Source: an uncultured Actinomycetota bacterium
GTDB taxonomy: Bacteria; Actinomycetota; Actinomycetes; CAVWCF01
Direction of reading: 5' to 3'
Assembly: GCA_963753435.1 (NCBI GenBank)
Contig: CAVWCF010000001.1
Span: forward strand, 544,001-608,000
DNA: 64,000 bases
In this document: positions 37,664 through 48,482 of the stretch, one piece after another
Position numbering within the stretch: position 1 is the first letter of the stretch
How the letters are laid out: every line of letters begins with the position of its first letter
Position numbers and translations under genes: made by a program
The notes under the pieces: generated by a model
The model's input: only the letters and a program-made list of their open reading frames with translations
Databases searched by the model: none
Told to the model about the DNA's origin: nothing

Positions 37664-40375
37664 CTAGGCCCGCGGCTTCTCGCGCATCTCGTAGGTCTCG
37701 ATCATGTCGCCAACCTTGATGTCGTTGAAGCCACCGAGGTTGATACCGCACTCGAAGCCATCGCGGACCTCGCTCACATCGTCCTTGAAGCGGCGAAGTC
37801 CGGCGATTTCCAGGCTCTCCGCGACAACCGCGCCGTCACGGACGAGGCGTGCCTTGGAACTGCGCTTGATCTCGCCGGAGCGGACCAGGCAGCCGGCAAC
37901 AGTGCCGAACTTGGACGACCGGTACGTCTCCTGGACCTCCGCCGCGCCGAGAGCAACCTCTTCGAACTCCGGCTTGAGCAGGCCCTTGAGCGCCGCCTCG
38001 ATCTCCTCGATGGCGGAGTAGATGACGCTGTAGTAGCGAATCTCCACGCCCTCGCGGTCAGCCAGCTCGCTGGCCTTGCCCTGTGGCCGCACGTTGAAGC
38101 CGATGATCACCGCGTCCGATGCGGCCGCCAGCATCACGTTGGTCTCTGTGATGGCACCGACGCCACGGTCAATGATCCGCAGCGCGACGTCCTCACCGAC
38201 ATCGATCTTGACGAGGGCGTCCTCCAGTGCTTCCACCGAACCGGAGACGTCACCCTTGAGGATGAGCCGCAACTCCGCGGTCTCGCCTTCGGACATGGAC
38301 TTGAGGAAGTCCTCCAACGTCCGCCGACCACGGGACGCGGCCAGTTGGGCGTTGCGCTCCCGCGCCGCACGCGTCTGGGCGATCTGGCGGGCTACCCGAT
38401 CCTCCGGGACCACCAACAGGTTGTCACCGGCGCCGGGAACCGACGTGAGGCCGAGGACCTGGGCCGGCCGCGACGGGCCCGCCTCCGTCAACGGCTCGCC
38501 GTGCTCATCGAGCAGCGCCCGGACCCGGCCGTGTGCCTCGCCGACCACGATGGAGTCGCCCGGCCGCAGCGTGCCGCGCTGGACCAGAACAGTGGCGACC
38601 GCACCGCGGCCACGGTCCAGATGCGCTTCGATGGCCACACCCTGGGCTGGCATTTCGGGATTGGCATGCAATTCCAGGGCCGCGTCCGCGGTCAGCAGAA
38701 CGGCCTCCAGCAGCTGGGTCAGCCCGGTGCCCTCCTTGGCCGAGACGTCGACGAACATCGTTTCCCCGCCGAAGTCCTCAGCGACGAGGCCGTACTCGGT
38801 CAACTGGCCGCGGACCTTGGTCGGGTCAGCGCCTTCCTTGTCCACCTTGTTGACGGCGACCACGATCGGCACCTCGGCAGCCTGGGCGTGGTTCAGAGCC
38901 TCAATCGTCTGCGGCTTGACCCCGTCGTCGGCGGCGACCACCAGGATCGCGATGTCGGTGACCTGGGCACCACGGGCACGCATGGCCGTGAAGGCCTCGT
39001 GACCTGGGGTGTCGATGAACGTGATCGCTCGCTCGTTGCCCTCGGCGTCAGCAGCGGCGACCTGGTAGGCACCGATGTGCTGGGTGATGCCGCCGGCCTC
39101 GCCGGCCACGACGTTGGCATCGCGGATGGCGTCCAGCAACTTCGTCTTACCGTGGTCGACGTGACCCATGACCGTGACGACCGGCGGGCGCGGCTCGAGG
39201 TACTCAGCGGCCCCTTCCTCGCCGAACTCCAGGTCGAAGGACTCCAGCAGTTCGCGGTCCTCGTCCTCCGGTGAGACCACCTGCACGTCGTAATTCAGCT
39301 CCGACCCCAGCAGGGTCAACGTGTCGTCGGACAGCGACTGCGTTGCCGTCGCCATCTCACCGAGGTGCAGCAGCGCCGAGACCAGCGCCGCCGGATTCGC
39401 ATCGATCTTCTCCGCGAAGTCGGTCAGCGAAGAACCTCGCGGAAGTCGCACGACCTGACCGCTACCGGTCGGGACGCGCGCGCCACCCAGGGTGGGTGCG
39501 TCCATGTTGTCGAACTCTTGGCGCTTGGCCTTGCGCGACTTGCGGCTCTTGGCCGGGCGACCACCAGGCCGGCCGAATGCGCCACCGACACCGCCACGAC
39601 CACGGCCGCCGCCACCGCGACCGGGAGGCGGACCACCAGGTCCACCACCGAAGCCACCGCGACCGCCACCGGGGCCACCGCCAGGTCCACCACCGGGGCC
39701 ACCGCCACCACCTGGGCGCGCCGGCGCATACCCGCCGCCGCCACCGCCGGGACGGCTGGCGGGACGCCCGGGGGCACCCGCCGGGGCTCCGGGACGAGGC
39801 CGCCCACCGGGGGCGGGGCGTCCAGGTGCGCCGGGACGACCCACGGGCCGTGGACGGGGCGGCATCATTCCGGGGTTCGGCCGCGGCGGGAGCCCGGTGT
39901 CACCGGTGCTGTACGGGTTGTTGCCCGGCCGCGGCGCGGCTGGGCGACTCACGAATGGGTTGTTGCCTGGCCGGGGCGAGCCGGGTCGCGGAGCGGGACG
40001 CGGCGCCGCGGCCGCGGGGGCGGCCGGAGTCGGCGGAGCCGCCGGAGGCGGCGTGGCGGGTGCGGCCGCAGCGGCCGGGGTCACCACAGCTGGTCCGGCT
40101 CCGTCGTCGCCGGAGTCACCTGCGTCCGGCGTAACCGGCTCCGGAGCCGGAGTCACCGCCTTCTTGGCGGCCTTCTTTGCCGTCTTCTTCGCTGGTGCCT
40201 CGCCGGCGCCCGCTGCCGGTGCCGGGAAGGCTTCCTTCAGCTTCTTGATTACGGGCGGCTCAACGGTGGAGGACGCCGAACGGACGAATTCGCCCATGTC
40301 TTTCAGCTTGGCGACGATCTCTTTGGATTCAACGCCCAACTCGCGTGCGAGTTCATAGACCCGGACCTTGGCCAC
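37664..40375 (-). CDS. infB: Translation initiation factor IF-2
   Basis: [10 protein letters not shown]-terminus, Pro/Gly-rich linker, [17 protein letters not shown] and NKVD. Confidence 0.99.
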   Translation of the reverse strand: MAKVRVYELARELGVESKEIVAKLKDMGEFVRSASSTVEPPVIKKLKEAFPAPAAGAGEAPAKKTAKKAAKKAVTPAPEPVTPDAGDSGDDGAGPAVVTPAAAAAPATPPPAAPPTPAAPAAAAPRPAPRPGSPRPGNNPFVSRPAAPRPGNNPYSTGDTGLPPRPNPGMMPPRPRPVGRPGAPGRPAPGGRPRPGAPAGAPGRPASRPGGGGGGYAPARPGGGGGPGGGPGGGPGGGRGGFGGGPGGPPPGRGGGGRGRGGVGGAFGRPGGRPAKSRKSRKAKRQEFDNMDAPTLGGARVPTGSGQVVRLPRGSSLTDFAEKIDANPAALVSALLHLGEMATATQSLSDDTLTLLGSELNYDVQVVSPEDEDRELLESFDLEFGEEGAAEYLEPRPPVVTVMGHVDHGKTKLLDAIRDANVVAGEAGGITQHIGAYQVAAADAEGNERAITFIDTPGHEAFTAMRARGAQVTDIAILVVAADDGVKPQTIEALNHAQAAEVPIVVAVNKVDKEGADPTKVRGQLTEYGLVAEDFGGETMFVDVSAKEGTGLTQLLEAVLLTADAALELHANPEMPAQGVAIEAHLDRGRGAVATVLVQRGTLRPGDSIVVGEAHGRVRALLDEHGEPLTEAGPSRPAQVLGLTSVPGAGDNLLVVPEDRVARQIAQTRAARERNAQLAASRGRRTLEDFLKSMSEGETAELRLILKGDVSGSVEALEDALVKIDVGEDVALRIIDRGVGAITETNVMLAAASDAVIIGFNVRPQGKASELADREGVEIRYYSVIYSAIEEIEAALKGLLKPEFEEVALGAAEVQETYRSSKFGTVAGCLVRSGEIKRSSKARLVRDGAVVAESLEIAGLRRFKDDVSEVRDGFECGINLGGFNDIKVGDMIETYEMREKPRA

Positions 40376-40450
40376 AGTGCTCCTGTCATGGCCCGGGGGT
40401 GAAACCGAGCCTCAGTCGATAGTTCTCATCGTGCGGTGCTCATCGCGCAG

Positions 40451-40759
40451 TCATGTCGTCGCGACCTGCTCTCCGACTCGGTTGGCTGAGGACGAGCCAC
40501 TGCTGACGTAGTCGGCCAGGGCGGAGAAGTCGACGGGCCCGTTCACCCGTAGCGCACGGGCGAAAGCCCGCCTCCGCACTGCCGCCTGCAGGCATTCGGC
40601 TCGTGGGTGTAGAGACGCCCCACGACCCGGCAGCCTGCCCGCCGGATCCGGGATCAACGCCCCAGCCACGGCTACGACACGCAGCAACTCAACCTTGGCG
40701 GCCCGCTCACGACACCCCACACAGGTGCGCACGGGAGTTGTTGACGAGCCGCTGGTCAC
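40451..40759 (-). CDS. YlxR/DUF448 (RnpM-like) RNA-binding protein
   Basis: PVRTCVGCR, ELLRVV, GRGA.LHP..EC and RRAF.RALR. Confidence 0.92.
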   Translation of the reverse strand: MTSGSSTTPVRTCVGCRERAAKVELLRVVAVAGALIPDPAGRLPGRGASLHPRAECLQAAVRRRAFARALRVNGPVDFSALADYVSSGSSSANRVGEQVATT

Positions 40760-40762
40760 CGG

Positions 40763-41797
40763 TCAGTGTACCGCGCCGGATGGGTTCAGCCCGCCTGCCT
40801 CGTCGGATCCCGCTTCGCTCACTGCGGTTGCTTCGCCACCGTCACCGCGGATGTCGATTCGCCACCCGGTCAGTCGAGCTGCCAGCCGGGCGTTCTGCCC
40901 CTCCCGGCCGATAGCCAGCGAGAGCTGGTAGTCCGGCACCGTGACCCTGGCCGCCTGCGCCACCGGATCCACCACCACTACTTCTGACGCGTGCGCCGGG
41001 CTGAGGGCGTTGCCGACGAAGGTGCCCGGGTCCGGGTCGTAGTCGATGATGTCGATCTTCTCGCCGCCGAGTTCGGCCATTACCGCCCGCACCCGGGCTC
41101 CCATCGGACCGATGCAGGCGCCCTTGGCGCTGACCGCGGGGTCGGTCGAGCGAACCGCGATCTTGGTTCGGTGCCCGGCCTCTCTGGCGACGGCCTCGAT
41201 CACAACGGTCCCGTCGGCGACCTCCGGTGACTCCAGCGCGAACAACTTGCGCACTAGGTCCGGGTGGGTGCGGCTCAGGGTCACCTGTGGCCCCCGCAGG
41301 CCACGGCGGACCGAGACGATCAGACACCGAACCCGCTCCCCATGGGGGTACTTCTCCCCCGGCGACTGCTCCGCCGGCGGCAGCAGAGCCTCCAGCTTGC
41401 CGATGTCGACGAGGACGTCCCGCGGGTCCCGGCCTTGCTGGATCACCCCGGCGACGAGGTCGCCTTCCCGGCCGGCGAACTCTCCGTACGTCGCCTCATC
41501 GCTGGCTTCCCGAAGCCGCTGCAGGATCACTTGTTTGGCGGTCGAAGCGGCGATGCGCCCAAACCCCTCCGGGGTGTCGTCCCACTCCCGGCGCACAGCG
41601 CCCTCGTCGTCCAGCTCCTGCGCAAAGACAGTGACGTGTCCGCTCTTTCGATCCAACTCCACGCGGGCGTGTGGCTGCGACTGCGGCGTGTGCTGGTAGG
41701 CGACCAATAGGGCCGACTCAATCGCTGTTGAGAGGACCTCCCAAGAGAGGTCCCGCTCGCGGACCAGCGCCTTCAGCGCCGCCACATCAATATCCAC
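40763..41797 (-). CDS. nusA: Transcription termination/antitermination factor NusA
   Basis: [34 protein letters not shown] and [26 protein letters not shown]. Confidence 0.98.
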   Translation of the reverse strand: MDIDVAALKALVRERDLSWEVLSTAIESALLVAYQHTPQSQPHARVELDRKSGHVTVFAQELDDEGAVRREWDDTPEGFGRIAASTAKQVILQRLREASDEATYGEFAGREGDLVAGVIQQGRDPRDVLVDIGKLEALLPPAEQSPGEKYPHGERVRCLIVSVRRGLRGPQVTLSRTHPDLVRKLFALESPEVADGTVVIEAVAREAGHRTKIAVRSTDPAVSAKGACIGPMGARVRAVMAELGGEKIDIIDYDPDPGTFVGNALSPAHASEVVVVDPVAQAARVTVPDYQLSLAIGREGQNARLAARLTGWRIDIRGDGGEATAVSEAGSDEAGGLNPSGAVH

Positions 41798-41798
41798 G

Positions 41799-42272
41799 TC
41801 ACGATCCCTTCGGCGGCTTGCGGTTGAACTCCACCTGGACGACGGCCTTGGCGACATCGGCATACCGCACAACCGCCGGACCGTCTGGCGTGTCCAACGT
41901 GGCCGACTTGTCTCCGGCGTCCCGGACCCGGCCGGTGATCGGGCTGCCGCCATCAGCGAAAGTGACATTGACCAGACGGTCGTGCGCTCGGGCCCAGTGT
42001 CGCTGGGTCCGCAGCGGACGACTGATGCCCGGTGAGGTGACCTCAAGCGTGTACGGCCCATCCGCCAGCACCTCAGTGGCGTCCAGCCGCTCGGATATCG
42101 CCCGGCTGACGGCAGCTACCGCGTCCAGATCGACTCCGTTGTCGGCGTCAACGATCACCCGAACCACCCGGCGCTTGCCAGCGCTGGAGATCTCCACATC
42201 CTCCAGATCCACCCCCGCGTCGGCGACGGCCGGCGCGATCGCGTCTCGAACCGCTGCTGTGGGGTCTGACAC
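41799..42272 (-). CDS. rimP: Ribosome maturation factor RimP
   Basis: [25 protein letters not shown] and VQVEFNR; GGAGG RBS before GTG 42272. Confidence 0.95.
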   Translation of the reverse strand: MSDPTAAVRDAIAPAVADAGVDLEDVEISSAGKRRVVRVIVDADNGVDLDAVAAVSRAISERLDATEVLADGPYTLEVTSPGISRPLRTQRHWARAHDRLVNVTFADGGSPITGRVRDAGDKSATLDTPDGPAVVRYADVAKAVVQVEFNRKPPKGS

Positions 42273-42366
42273 CGCTGGACCTCCCTGTGTGCTCTTGTGG
42301 CAGTCAGCGTAGCCGCGAACCATGCTTGCTTCGGAGCGCCGGTCCGTACCTGCCATGCTGCGCGCC

Positions 42367-42858
42367 GTGCCACAAGGATCAGTCTCGCGCCGCTCCGTCC
42401 TGGCCGGCGGAGCACTGCTGCTGACCGGCGCCATGCTGGGCTGCACCGAGGGCGACCGGACCCAACCAACCCCGTCGGGCAGTCCCGACCCGGACGCGGA
42501 CGCGTTGCGCGCGGCCTTGGCGCGGGAGGACGAGTTGCTCGCCGCCTACGCCGCGGCCGTCGCGAACTCCCCCGCAACTGCCGACACGGCCGGGCTCGCG
42601 GAGATCGCCACCCGACACGAGTTGCACCGAACCGCCGTCCTGAGCGCCCTCGCTACCGCTGGGACGCCCGCGACGCCATCGGCATCGACTCTCCCGACGC
42701 CTCCGGACGCGGACACCCAGGACTTGGCACGGTTGGAGGCCGAGGCCGCCGTAGCTGGTCGCGCCGCGGCCAACCAGGTGGCCGCCGGCGACCTGGCCGG
42801 CCTGTTGGCGGCGATCGCAGCGGCCGAAGGCGCAAACGCCGTGGAGTTGGGTGCATGA
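42367..42858 (+). CDS. Putative Tat-exported lipoprotein (ferritin-like helices)
   Basis: SRRSVL twin-arginine motif, hydrophobic stretch and MLGC lipobox; partner of the downstream DUF4439 gene. Confidence 0.75.
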   Translation: MPQGSVSRRSVLAGGALLLTGAMLGCTEGDRTQPTPSGSPDPDADALRAALAREDELLAAYAAAVANSPATADTAGLAEIATRHELHRTAVLSALATAGTPATPSASTLPTPPDADTQDLARLEAEAAVAGRAAANQVAAGDLAGLLAAIAAAEGANAVELGA

Positions 42859-43277
42859 GCGACGCGAACGCGCTGCAGGAGGCGCTCGCCGATGAGCACG
42901 CGGTCATCTACGGCTACGGCGTGGCCGGACCGAGACTGCAGGGGGCCGACCGCGCCGCGGCAGACGCTGGATTCGACGCCCACCGGCTGCGGCGTGAGCG
43001 CCTAGCCGAACTGGTGGCGGCCGCCGGTGAAACACCAGTTGCCCCGGCCGCGGCCTACGAACTGCCCTTCGCCGTGGAATCTGCCGCGGATGCGCGCCGG
43101 TTGATCGCACTGCTAGAAGCTGGGATCTCCGACCGCTACTACGACCTCGTGCTCACCGCAGCCACGGGCGAACGATCCGAACCGGTCGACTGGCTCAGTG
43201 ATTCCGCGGCTCAGCGCGCCCGGTTCGACGGCGGCATCGCGGCTTTCCCTGGCGCGCCAAGCCCGCTCGTGCCCTAA
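42855..43277 (+). CDS. DUF4439 ferritin-like domain protein
   Basis: ALQEALA.EHA.IYGYG, HR.RR..L, AAAYELPF.V and AFPG motifs; ATGA overlap; usual position between rimP and proS. Confidence 0.85.
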   Translation: MSDANALQEALADEHAVIYGYGVAGPRLQGADRAAADAGFDAHRLRRERLAELVAAAGETPVAPAAAYELPFAVESAADARRLIALLEAGISDRYYDLVLTAATGERSEPVDWLSDSAAQRARFDGGIAAFPGAPSPLVP

Positions 43278-43301
43278 CCGGCCGCGTCGAGCCCGTCTGC
43301 A

Positions 43302-45059
43302 TCACCGGGTCAGATTGATTATTGCTTCGGCGGCCGCCGCGACCGGCACCTCGTCTTGGCTGCCGGTCAGCCGATCGCGGACCTCGACAACGCCATTGGC
43401 CAGGCCCTTGCCGACGATCACAACGGTGGGCACGCCGATCAGGTCCGCGTCGTTGAACTTGACCCCCGGCGATACACGTCGGTCGTCGAACAGGACGTCG
43501 AGGCCGGCTTGGGACAACTGTTCACACAGGTCACCCGCAGCGGCGAACACCGCCTCGTCCTTACCGGTCGCCAACAGGTGAACGTCCACCGGCGCCACCG
43601 ACCTGGGCCACAGGAGCCCCTTGTCGTCGTGGGTCTGCTCCGCGATGGCGGCCACCGCTCGGGACACCCCGATCCCGTATGAGCCCATGGTGGGCACAAC
43701 CTGCTTGCCGTGCTCGTCCAACACGGTCAGGCCGAGCGCCTCGGCGTACTTGCGGCCCAACTGGAAGATGTGGCCGATCTCGATGCCGCGGGCAATCTCC
43801 ACCGGCGACCCACACATCGGACACGGGTCGCCTGCGCGCACCTCGGCTGCCTCGATCACGCCGTCGGCGACGAAATCGCGTCCGGCAACCAGCCCGACCA
43901 CGTGTCGGCCCGGCTGATTCGCGCCAGTGACCCACTGGCTGCCGTCCACCACCCGCGGGTCCAGCAGGTAGCGGAACCCGCGGTCGGCGCCCAAGGCATC
44001 CGGACCGATGTAGCCACGCACCAGCTCCGCGGATGCGGCGAAGTCAGCCTCGGCGAAGGGCTCAATGACAGCCGGGGCAACCTGCGCCTCCAGCCGCTTG
44101 AGGTCGACCTCACGATCGCCGGGCAACCCGATCGCCAGCGGTGTGCGGGTGCCATCGGGGTCCACGAGAGTCACCAGAACGTTCTTCAGCGTGTCGGCCG
44201 CAGTCCAGTCCCGGTCCGGGCGACGCAGGTCCGCCCGCTCGTTCAGCAGCGCCACCAGGGTGTCGATCGTCGCGGTGTCCGGGGTGTCGACCACTTGGGC
44301 CTCGGGCAGCCCACCCGTGCTGGACGCAGCCGGCGGCTGACTCTGAAACGCCTCGGTGTTCGCCGCGTAGTCACATTCCGTGCAGCGCACGAAGGTGTCC
44401 TCGCCGTGAACGCACGGAGCCAGGAACTCCTCGCTGGCCGAACCGCCCATAGCCCCGGACATCGCCGACACGACGGTGTAGTCCAGACCCAGTAGGTCGA
44501 AGATGGCGATGTAGGCGTCGCGCTGGTGCCGATATGCGGCGGCGAGACCTGCGTCGTCCACGTCGAAGGAGTAGGAGTCCTTCATGACGAACTCGCGCCC
44601 GCGCAGGATCCCGGCGCGCGGACGCGCCTCGTCCCGGTACTTGGTCTGGATTTGGTAGAGGACCAGCGGCAGTTCCTTGTAGGAGGAGACCTGGTCCTTC
44701 ACCGCCAGCGTGAACATCTCCTCGTGCGTCGGCCCGAGCAGGTAGTCGCCCTGTTTGCGGTCCTGCAGTCGAAACAGCGTGTCGCCGTACTCGGTCCAGC
44801 GACCGGTCGTCTCGTACGGCTCCCGCGGTAGCAGCGCCGGGAAGTGCACCTCCTGGCCACCGGCGGCATCCATGCCCGCGCGCACGATGCCTTCGACTTT
44901 GCGCAGCACCCGGTAGCCGAGAGGCAACCAACTGAAGATCCCCGGCGCCACTCGCCGCACATATCCGGCACGGACCAGCAATCGATGGCTGGGTACCTCG
45001 GCATCAGCCGGGTCCTCGCGCAGGGTGCGCAGCAGCAATGCGGACATGCGGAGGATCAC
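43302..45059 (-). CDS. proS: Proline--tRNA ligase (with editing insertion domain)
   Basis: [48 protein letters not shown] and [10 protein letters not shown]. Confidence 0.98.
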   Translation of the reverse strand: MILRMSALLLRTLREDPADAEVPSHRLLVRAGYVRRVAPGIFSWLPLGYRVLRKVEGIVRAGMDAAGGQEVHFPALLPREPYETTGRWTEYGDTLFRLQDRKQGDYLLGPTHEEMFTLAVKDQVSSYKELPLVLYQIQTKYRDEARPRAGILRGREFVMKDSYSFDVDDAGLAAAYRHQRDAYIAIFDLLGLDYTVVSAMSGAMGGSASEEFLAPCVHGEDTFVRCTECDYAANTEAFQSQPPAASSTGGLPEAQVVDTPDTATIDTLVALLNERADLRRPDRDWTAADTLKNVLVTLVDPDGTRTPLAIGLPGDREVDLKRLEAQVAPAVIEPFAEADFAASAELVRGYIGPDALGADRGFRYLLDPRVVDGSQWVTGANQPGRHVVGLVAGRDFVADGVIEAAEVRAGDPCPMCGSPVEIARGIEIGHIFQLGRKYAEALGLTVLDEHGKQVVPTMGSYGIGVSRAVAAIAEQTHDDKGLLWPRSVAPVDVHLLATGKDEAVFAAAGDLCEQLSQAGLDVLFDDRRVSPGVKFNDADLIGVPTVVIVGKGLANGVVEVRDRLTGSQDEVPVAAAAEAIINLTR

Positions 45060-45105
45060 GGCGGCTCCCTGGAGGTACGACCGCGCGCACCCTATCCGCG
45101 TCGGT

Positions 45106-45951
45106 TCAGAAGAGGACCGTGGCGAAACGTCCCCGCTCGCGGAATCCGACTCTTTCGTAGGCCTGGCGGGCGGAGACGTTGTGTGAATTCACATAGAGAC
45201 TGACCACCGGGGCACCGCGCCGGGCGTACGCCGCAACGGCCGCCATCCCACGGGCACCCACGCCTCGGCCCCGGTACTGCGGGTCCACCCAGACCCCCTG
45301 CACCTGGCTCACCGAGTCCGAAACCGCAGCCAACTCGGCCTTGAACACCACCTGCCCCTCGGACACTCGAAGCAGTGCTCGCCGGCGCCGGATCAAGTCG
45401 GCCAGTCGGGCGCGGTAGGCGGGCCCGCCGCCTCCCGCCAGTGGCGATACCCCCACCTCCTCGGTGAACATGGCCACCGCCGCTGGCAGCAGCACGTCGA
45501 AGTCGGCCTCGGTGGCCGGGCGGACCAACGGGTCGGCCTCGATGACCGGATCAGCGTCCAGAACCAAGAGCGGCTGATCTGCGCGAACCTCGCGCGCCGG
45601 TCCCCACACCCCAGCCAACTGTGCCCACAGGGCCAACGCGGACTCGGCCGGTCCGACGATGCTTGAGCACCGGCGCCCCAACCGGGCCGCGCGTGCTGCG
45701 AAGGCCGCCAATGCCTGCGGATCCGCTTGCACCGGGATCAGATTGGCCCCGGAATAGCACATCGAGACCAGCTCACTACCCCGGTACCAGCCCCAGAGTT
45801 GGCCGCCGAGTTCGTCAGGCCGCAGGCCGGAATCCCGCACCCGCGCGGCGACGAAGCAGTCCACCACCGGATCGCGCCGCAGCAACGTCTGTGCCGCCTT
45901 CAGGTCTGCCCGGTCCAGGACCCGCAGAGTTGCCGCCACATCAGCCGACAT
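45106..45951 (-). CDS. GNAT family N-acetyltransferase (DUF4081-associated)
   Basis: [39 protein letters not shown] and SLYVN..N..AR.AY.RVGF. Confidence 0.9.
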   Translation of the reverse strand: MSADVAATLRVLDRADLKAAQTLLRRDPVVDCFVAARVRDSGLRPDELGGQLWGWYRGSELVSMCYSGANLIPVQADPQALAAFAARAARLGRRCSSIVGPAESALALWAQLAGVWGPAREVRADQPLLVLDADPVIEADPLVRPATEADFDVLLPAAVAMFTEEVGVSPLAGGGGPAYRARLADLIRRRRALLRVSEGQVVFKAELAAVSDSVSQVQGVWVDPQYRGRGVGARGMAAVAAYARRGAPVVSLYVNSHNVSARQAYERVGFRERGRFATVLF

Positions 45952-46921
45952 CGCGTACCTGGGCCAACGCCCGTGCCCCGTCACCTACCTCAGGGAACGA
46001 CAGCATCAGGAGCGTCGGCAGTTGGTCCGCTTCGCGCCGGCACGTGGAGATGCGGCCGGCAAGTACGGACTGCTCGTTGTTCGCCACGCCGTCGGCGAGT
46101 TCGGGGGGTCGCCCCGCAACCCAATGCTCGAGGACGAGCATCGGTTCATCGCCGGCCGCGCGGCAGGCCCCGGTTCCGCCGCTGGTCGGCAGCGGCGCGG
46201 ACCGGCGCAGGACGTCGCTTCGATACCAGGACGGATCCGCAGTTGACGGGTAGCGATGGGAGACCAGGACCTGACCGGCCGCCAGCAGTGCTTCCACGTC
46301 GGCCGTCGCCTCGACGGACCCCGGGATGACGTCGCCCTCCAAGCGGGAGACCCGGAAGGCGTCGGCCACTTCGGCCGCCGGGACGTAGTCCTCCAGGTCC
46401 AGCACCACGATCTCGCGCGGGTTCTCGACGAACCACGCGCTCAACTCCCGCAACACCGACTCCAGCGGCACTGCACCAAGCTCACACCAACCGGCGCAGA
46501 TGTAGACCGCAGCGGAGCCGGTCGGGTCGGTCGCCAGCAACTGTTGGCGGGCCTGCTCCAGCGTTGGTCGCAGTTCCGGCACAGGCGCTGGCGGCGGCGG
46601 TGCCTCGGGGTCGGTCAAGACCCCGTTTCGGTACGGGATGCCCGAGCGCAACTGCAGGTGGAACGCGCGTACCTGCCGATCGAGCAGTTGAGTCATCGTG
46701 AGGTTGGTCCAGGGTGTCACCCAGCCCCCCGAAGCCCCGGACGCCGCAGCCTGGTGTGCCCCGAGCAGGCCCACCTCGGCTAGCGGCAGGTCACACAGCT
46801 CGACTGATCCCAGGCAGGGTTCTGCTTCGACCGGGGCCGCATCCGGGGTAACGGTGCACGCGCCCAGCAGCGTCGTCGAAGTCGCTACTGCGGCGATCGC
46901 AGCGGCCAGGCGTACCAACAC
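45941..46921 (-). CDS. Lipoprotein with degenerate PI-PLC X-domain-like phosphodiesterase fold
   Basis: LGAC lipobox; CLGSVELCD, GAHQA, QLLD.QVRAF.L, CELGA.PL and NPREIVVL.LEDYV segments resemble actinobacterial PLC-like proteins; GTG 46921 lies 7 nt after TAGGTT. Confidence 0.72.
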   Translation of the reverse strand: MLVRLAAAIAAVATSTTLLGACTVTPDAAPVEAEPCLGSVELCDLPLAEVGLLGAHQAAASGASGGWVTPWTNLTMTQLLDRQVRAFHLQLRSGIPYRNGVLTDPEAPPPPAPVPELRPTLEQARQQLLATDPTGSAAVYICAGWCELGAVPLESVLRELSAWFVENPREIVVLDLEDYVPAAEVADAFRVSRLEGDVIPGSVEATADVEALLAAGQVLVSHRYPSTADPSWYRSDVLRRSAPLPTSGGTGACRAAGDEPMLVLEHWVAGRPPELADGVANNEQSVLAGRISTCRREADQLPTLLMLSFPEVGDGARALAQVRDVG

Positions 46922-46979
46922 GACTGGCAACCTAACCGCAGCCGCTCGGTAGTGTCGTGGCGGTCCGGAAGGAGCCGTC

Positions 46980-48476
46980 ATGACGCAGGCCGAGACGATC
47001 GAGACGCATTGGAGCCGACGACCGTCGAGCCCGCTGGTATCTGGGGCCGACTACAGGGACAGCCTGCGTGGCCGCGGGTTGCGGGTGCACTACCGCGGTG
47101 AGCGCATCGCTGAACCTGTCGACCACCCGGTCATTCAGCCTTCCATCAACGCGGTGGCGCGCACCTACGACCTCGCCGTCGAGTCGCCGGAACTGGCGAC
47201 GGTGCACTCCAGCATCTCCAACCGGCGCGTGAACCGTTTCCTGCATGTGGCTGAGTCCGCCGATGACGTGGTGATGCAGAACCGGATGCAGCGCCGGCTG
47301 GGCCAGGACACTGGCACCTGCTTTCAAAGGTGTGTCGGGATGGATGCGTTCAACGCCCTCTTCTCGGTGACGCACGACTGCGATGCGGCGACCGGGTCGC
47401 GGTACCACGAAAGGTTCGTGGCGTTTTTGCGGCGGATGCAGGAGGACAACCTCGTGGTGGGCGGGGCGATGACCGACCCGAAAGGGGATCGCAGCAAGAG
47501 CCCGGCGCAGCAACACGATCCCGACCTCTACACCCGAGTCGTCGAGCGCCGGGACGGTGGCGTGGTCATCCGCGGCGCGAAGGCCCATCAGACGGGATGC
47601 CTGAACAGTCACTGGATCGTGGTGATGCCCACGATGCGGATGGGGCAGGCCGACCGCGACTACACGATCGCCGCGGCCATCCCGGTCGACCATCCGGGGC
47701 TCACCTACGTGTATGGGCGACAGTCCTGCGACTCCCGATCCGCCGAAGACGGCGAAATCGACGCCGGCAATGCCCGCTTCGCCGGCCAAGAGGCGATGAT
47801 TCTTATCGATGACGTGTTCGTGCCTGAGGAGTACGTCTTCCTAGATGGCGAACACGAGTACGCCGCGCCCTTGGTTGAGCGCTTCACCGCATTTCACCGC
47901 CGCAGTTACGTGTGCAAGACAGGTCTGGGCGATGTGCTGATCGGCGCCGCCGCCCAGTTGGCGCAGTGGCAGGGGGTGGCCGGCGCATCGCACGTTCGCG
48001 ACAAGCTGGTCGAAATGGCCCATCTCAACGAGACCATCTACGCGGCTGGGATCGCCTCATCGCATGAATCAGCGCCAACCGCCGCAGGCAACTACCAGAA
48101 CGATTCACTGCTGGCCAACGTCTGCAAGCAGAACGTCACCCGCTTTCCCTACGAGCTGGCGCGGCTGGCCCAGGACATCGCCGGCGGCCTGGTCGCCACC
48201 TTGCCGAGTGAGGCGGACCTGGCCGACCCCGAGATCGGTCCCCGCCTACTGAAGTACCTGAGCACCAGCGCCGACGTGCCCACCGAACACCGGATCCGCA
48301 TGTTGCGCCTCGTGGAGAACATGACCATGGGCCGCAACGCAGTCGGTTACCTCACCGAGTCGATGCACGGTGCCGGGTCGCCGCAGGCGCAGCGAGTGCA
48401 GATCGCCAGGGAGGTCGACCTGGAGGCTGACAAGGCGATGGCACGCCGGCTGGCGGGGATAGACGGCGACGACTGA
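46980..48476 (+). CDS. abfD: 4-hydroxybutyryl-CoA dehydratase/vinylacetyl-CoA isomerase (AbfD; HpaB structural family)
   Basis: TGTCFQRCVGMD (Cys-x3-Cys), GAMTDPKGDRS, GAKAHQTG, YGRQSCD.R, GQE, HRRSYVCK and TESMHGAGSPQAQR; AAGGAG RBS. Confidence 0.9.
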   Translation: MTQAETIETHWSRRPSSPLVSGADYRDSLRGRGLRVHYRGERIAEPVDHPVIQPSINAVARTYDLAVESPELATVHSSISNRRVNRFLHVAESADDVVMQNRMQRRLGQDTGTCFQRCVGMDAFNALFSVTHDCDAATGSRYHERFVAFLRRMQEDNLVVGGAMTDPKGDRSKSPAQQHDPDLYTRVVERRDGGVVIRGAKAHQTGCLNSHWIVVMPTMRMGQADRDYTIAAAIPVDHPGLTYVYGRQSCDSRSAEDGEIDAGNARFAGQEAMILIDDVFVPEEYVFLDGEHEYAAPLVERFTAFHRRSYVCKTGLGDVLIGAAAQLAQWQGVAGASHVRDKLVEMAHLNETIYAAGIASSHESAPTAAGNYQNDSLLANVCKQNVTRFPYELARLAQDIAGGLVATLPSEADLADPEIGPRLLKYLSTSADVPTEHRIRMLRLVENMTMGRNAVGYLTESMHGAGSPQAQRVQIAREVDLEADKAMARRLAGIDGDD

Positions 48477-48482
48477 CGTCCC

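Noticed and set aside
39560-40140. GC-rich repetitive tract (CCACCG/GCCACC units) resembling a repeat array
   Set aside because: It encodes the normal Pro/Gly/Arg-rich linker of actinobacterial IF-2 and has no repeat-spacer structure.
46980-48476. Annotation as 4-hydroxyphenylacetate 3-monooxygenase (HpaB), or as proof of autotrophy
   Set aside because: The Fe-S ligand motifs indicate AbfD and there is no flavin reductase or ring-cleavage gene nearby. No other carbon-fixation cycle gene is in the window, so autotrophy is unsupported.
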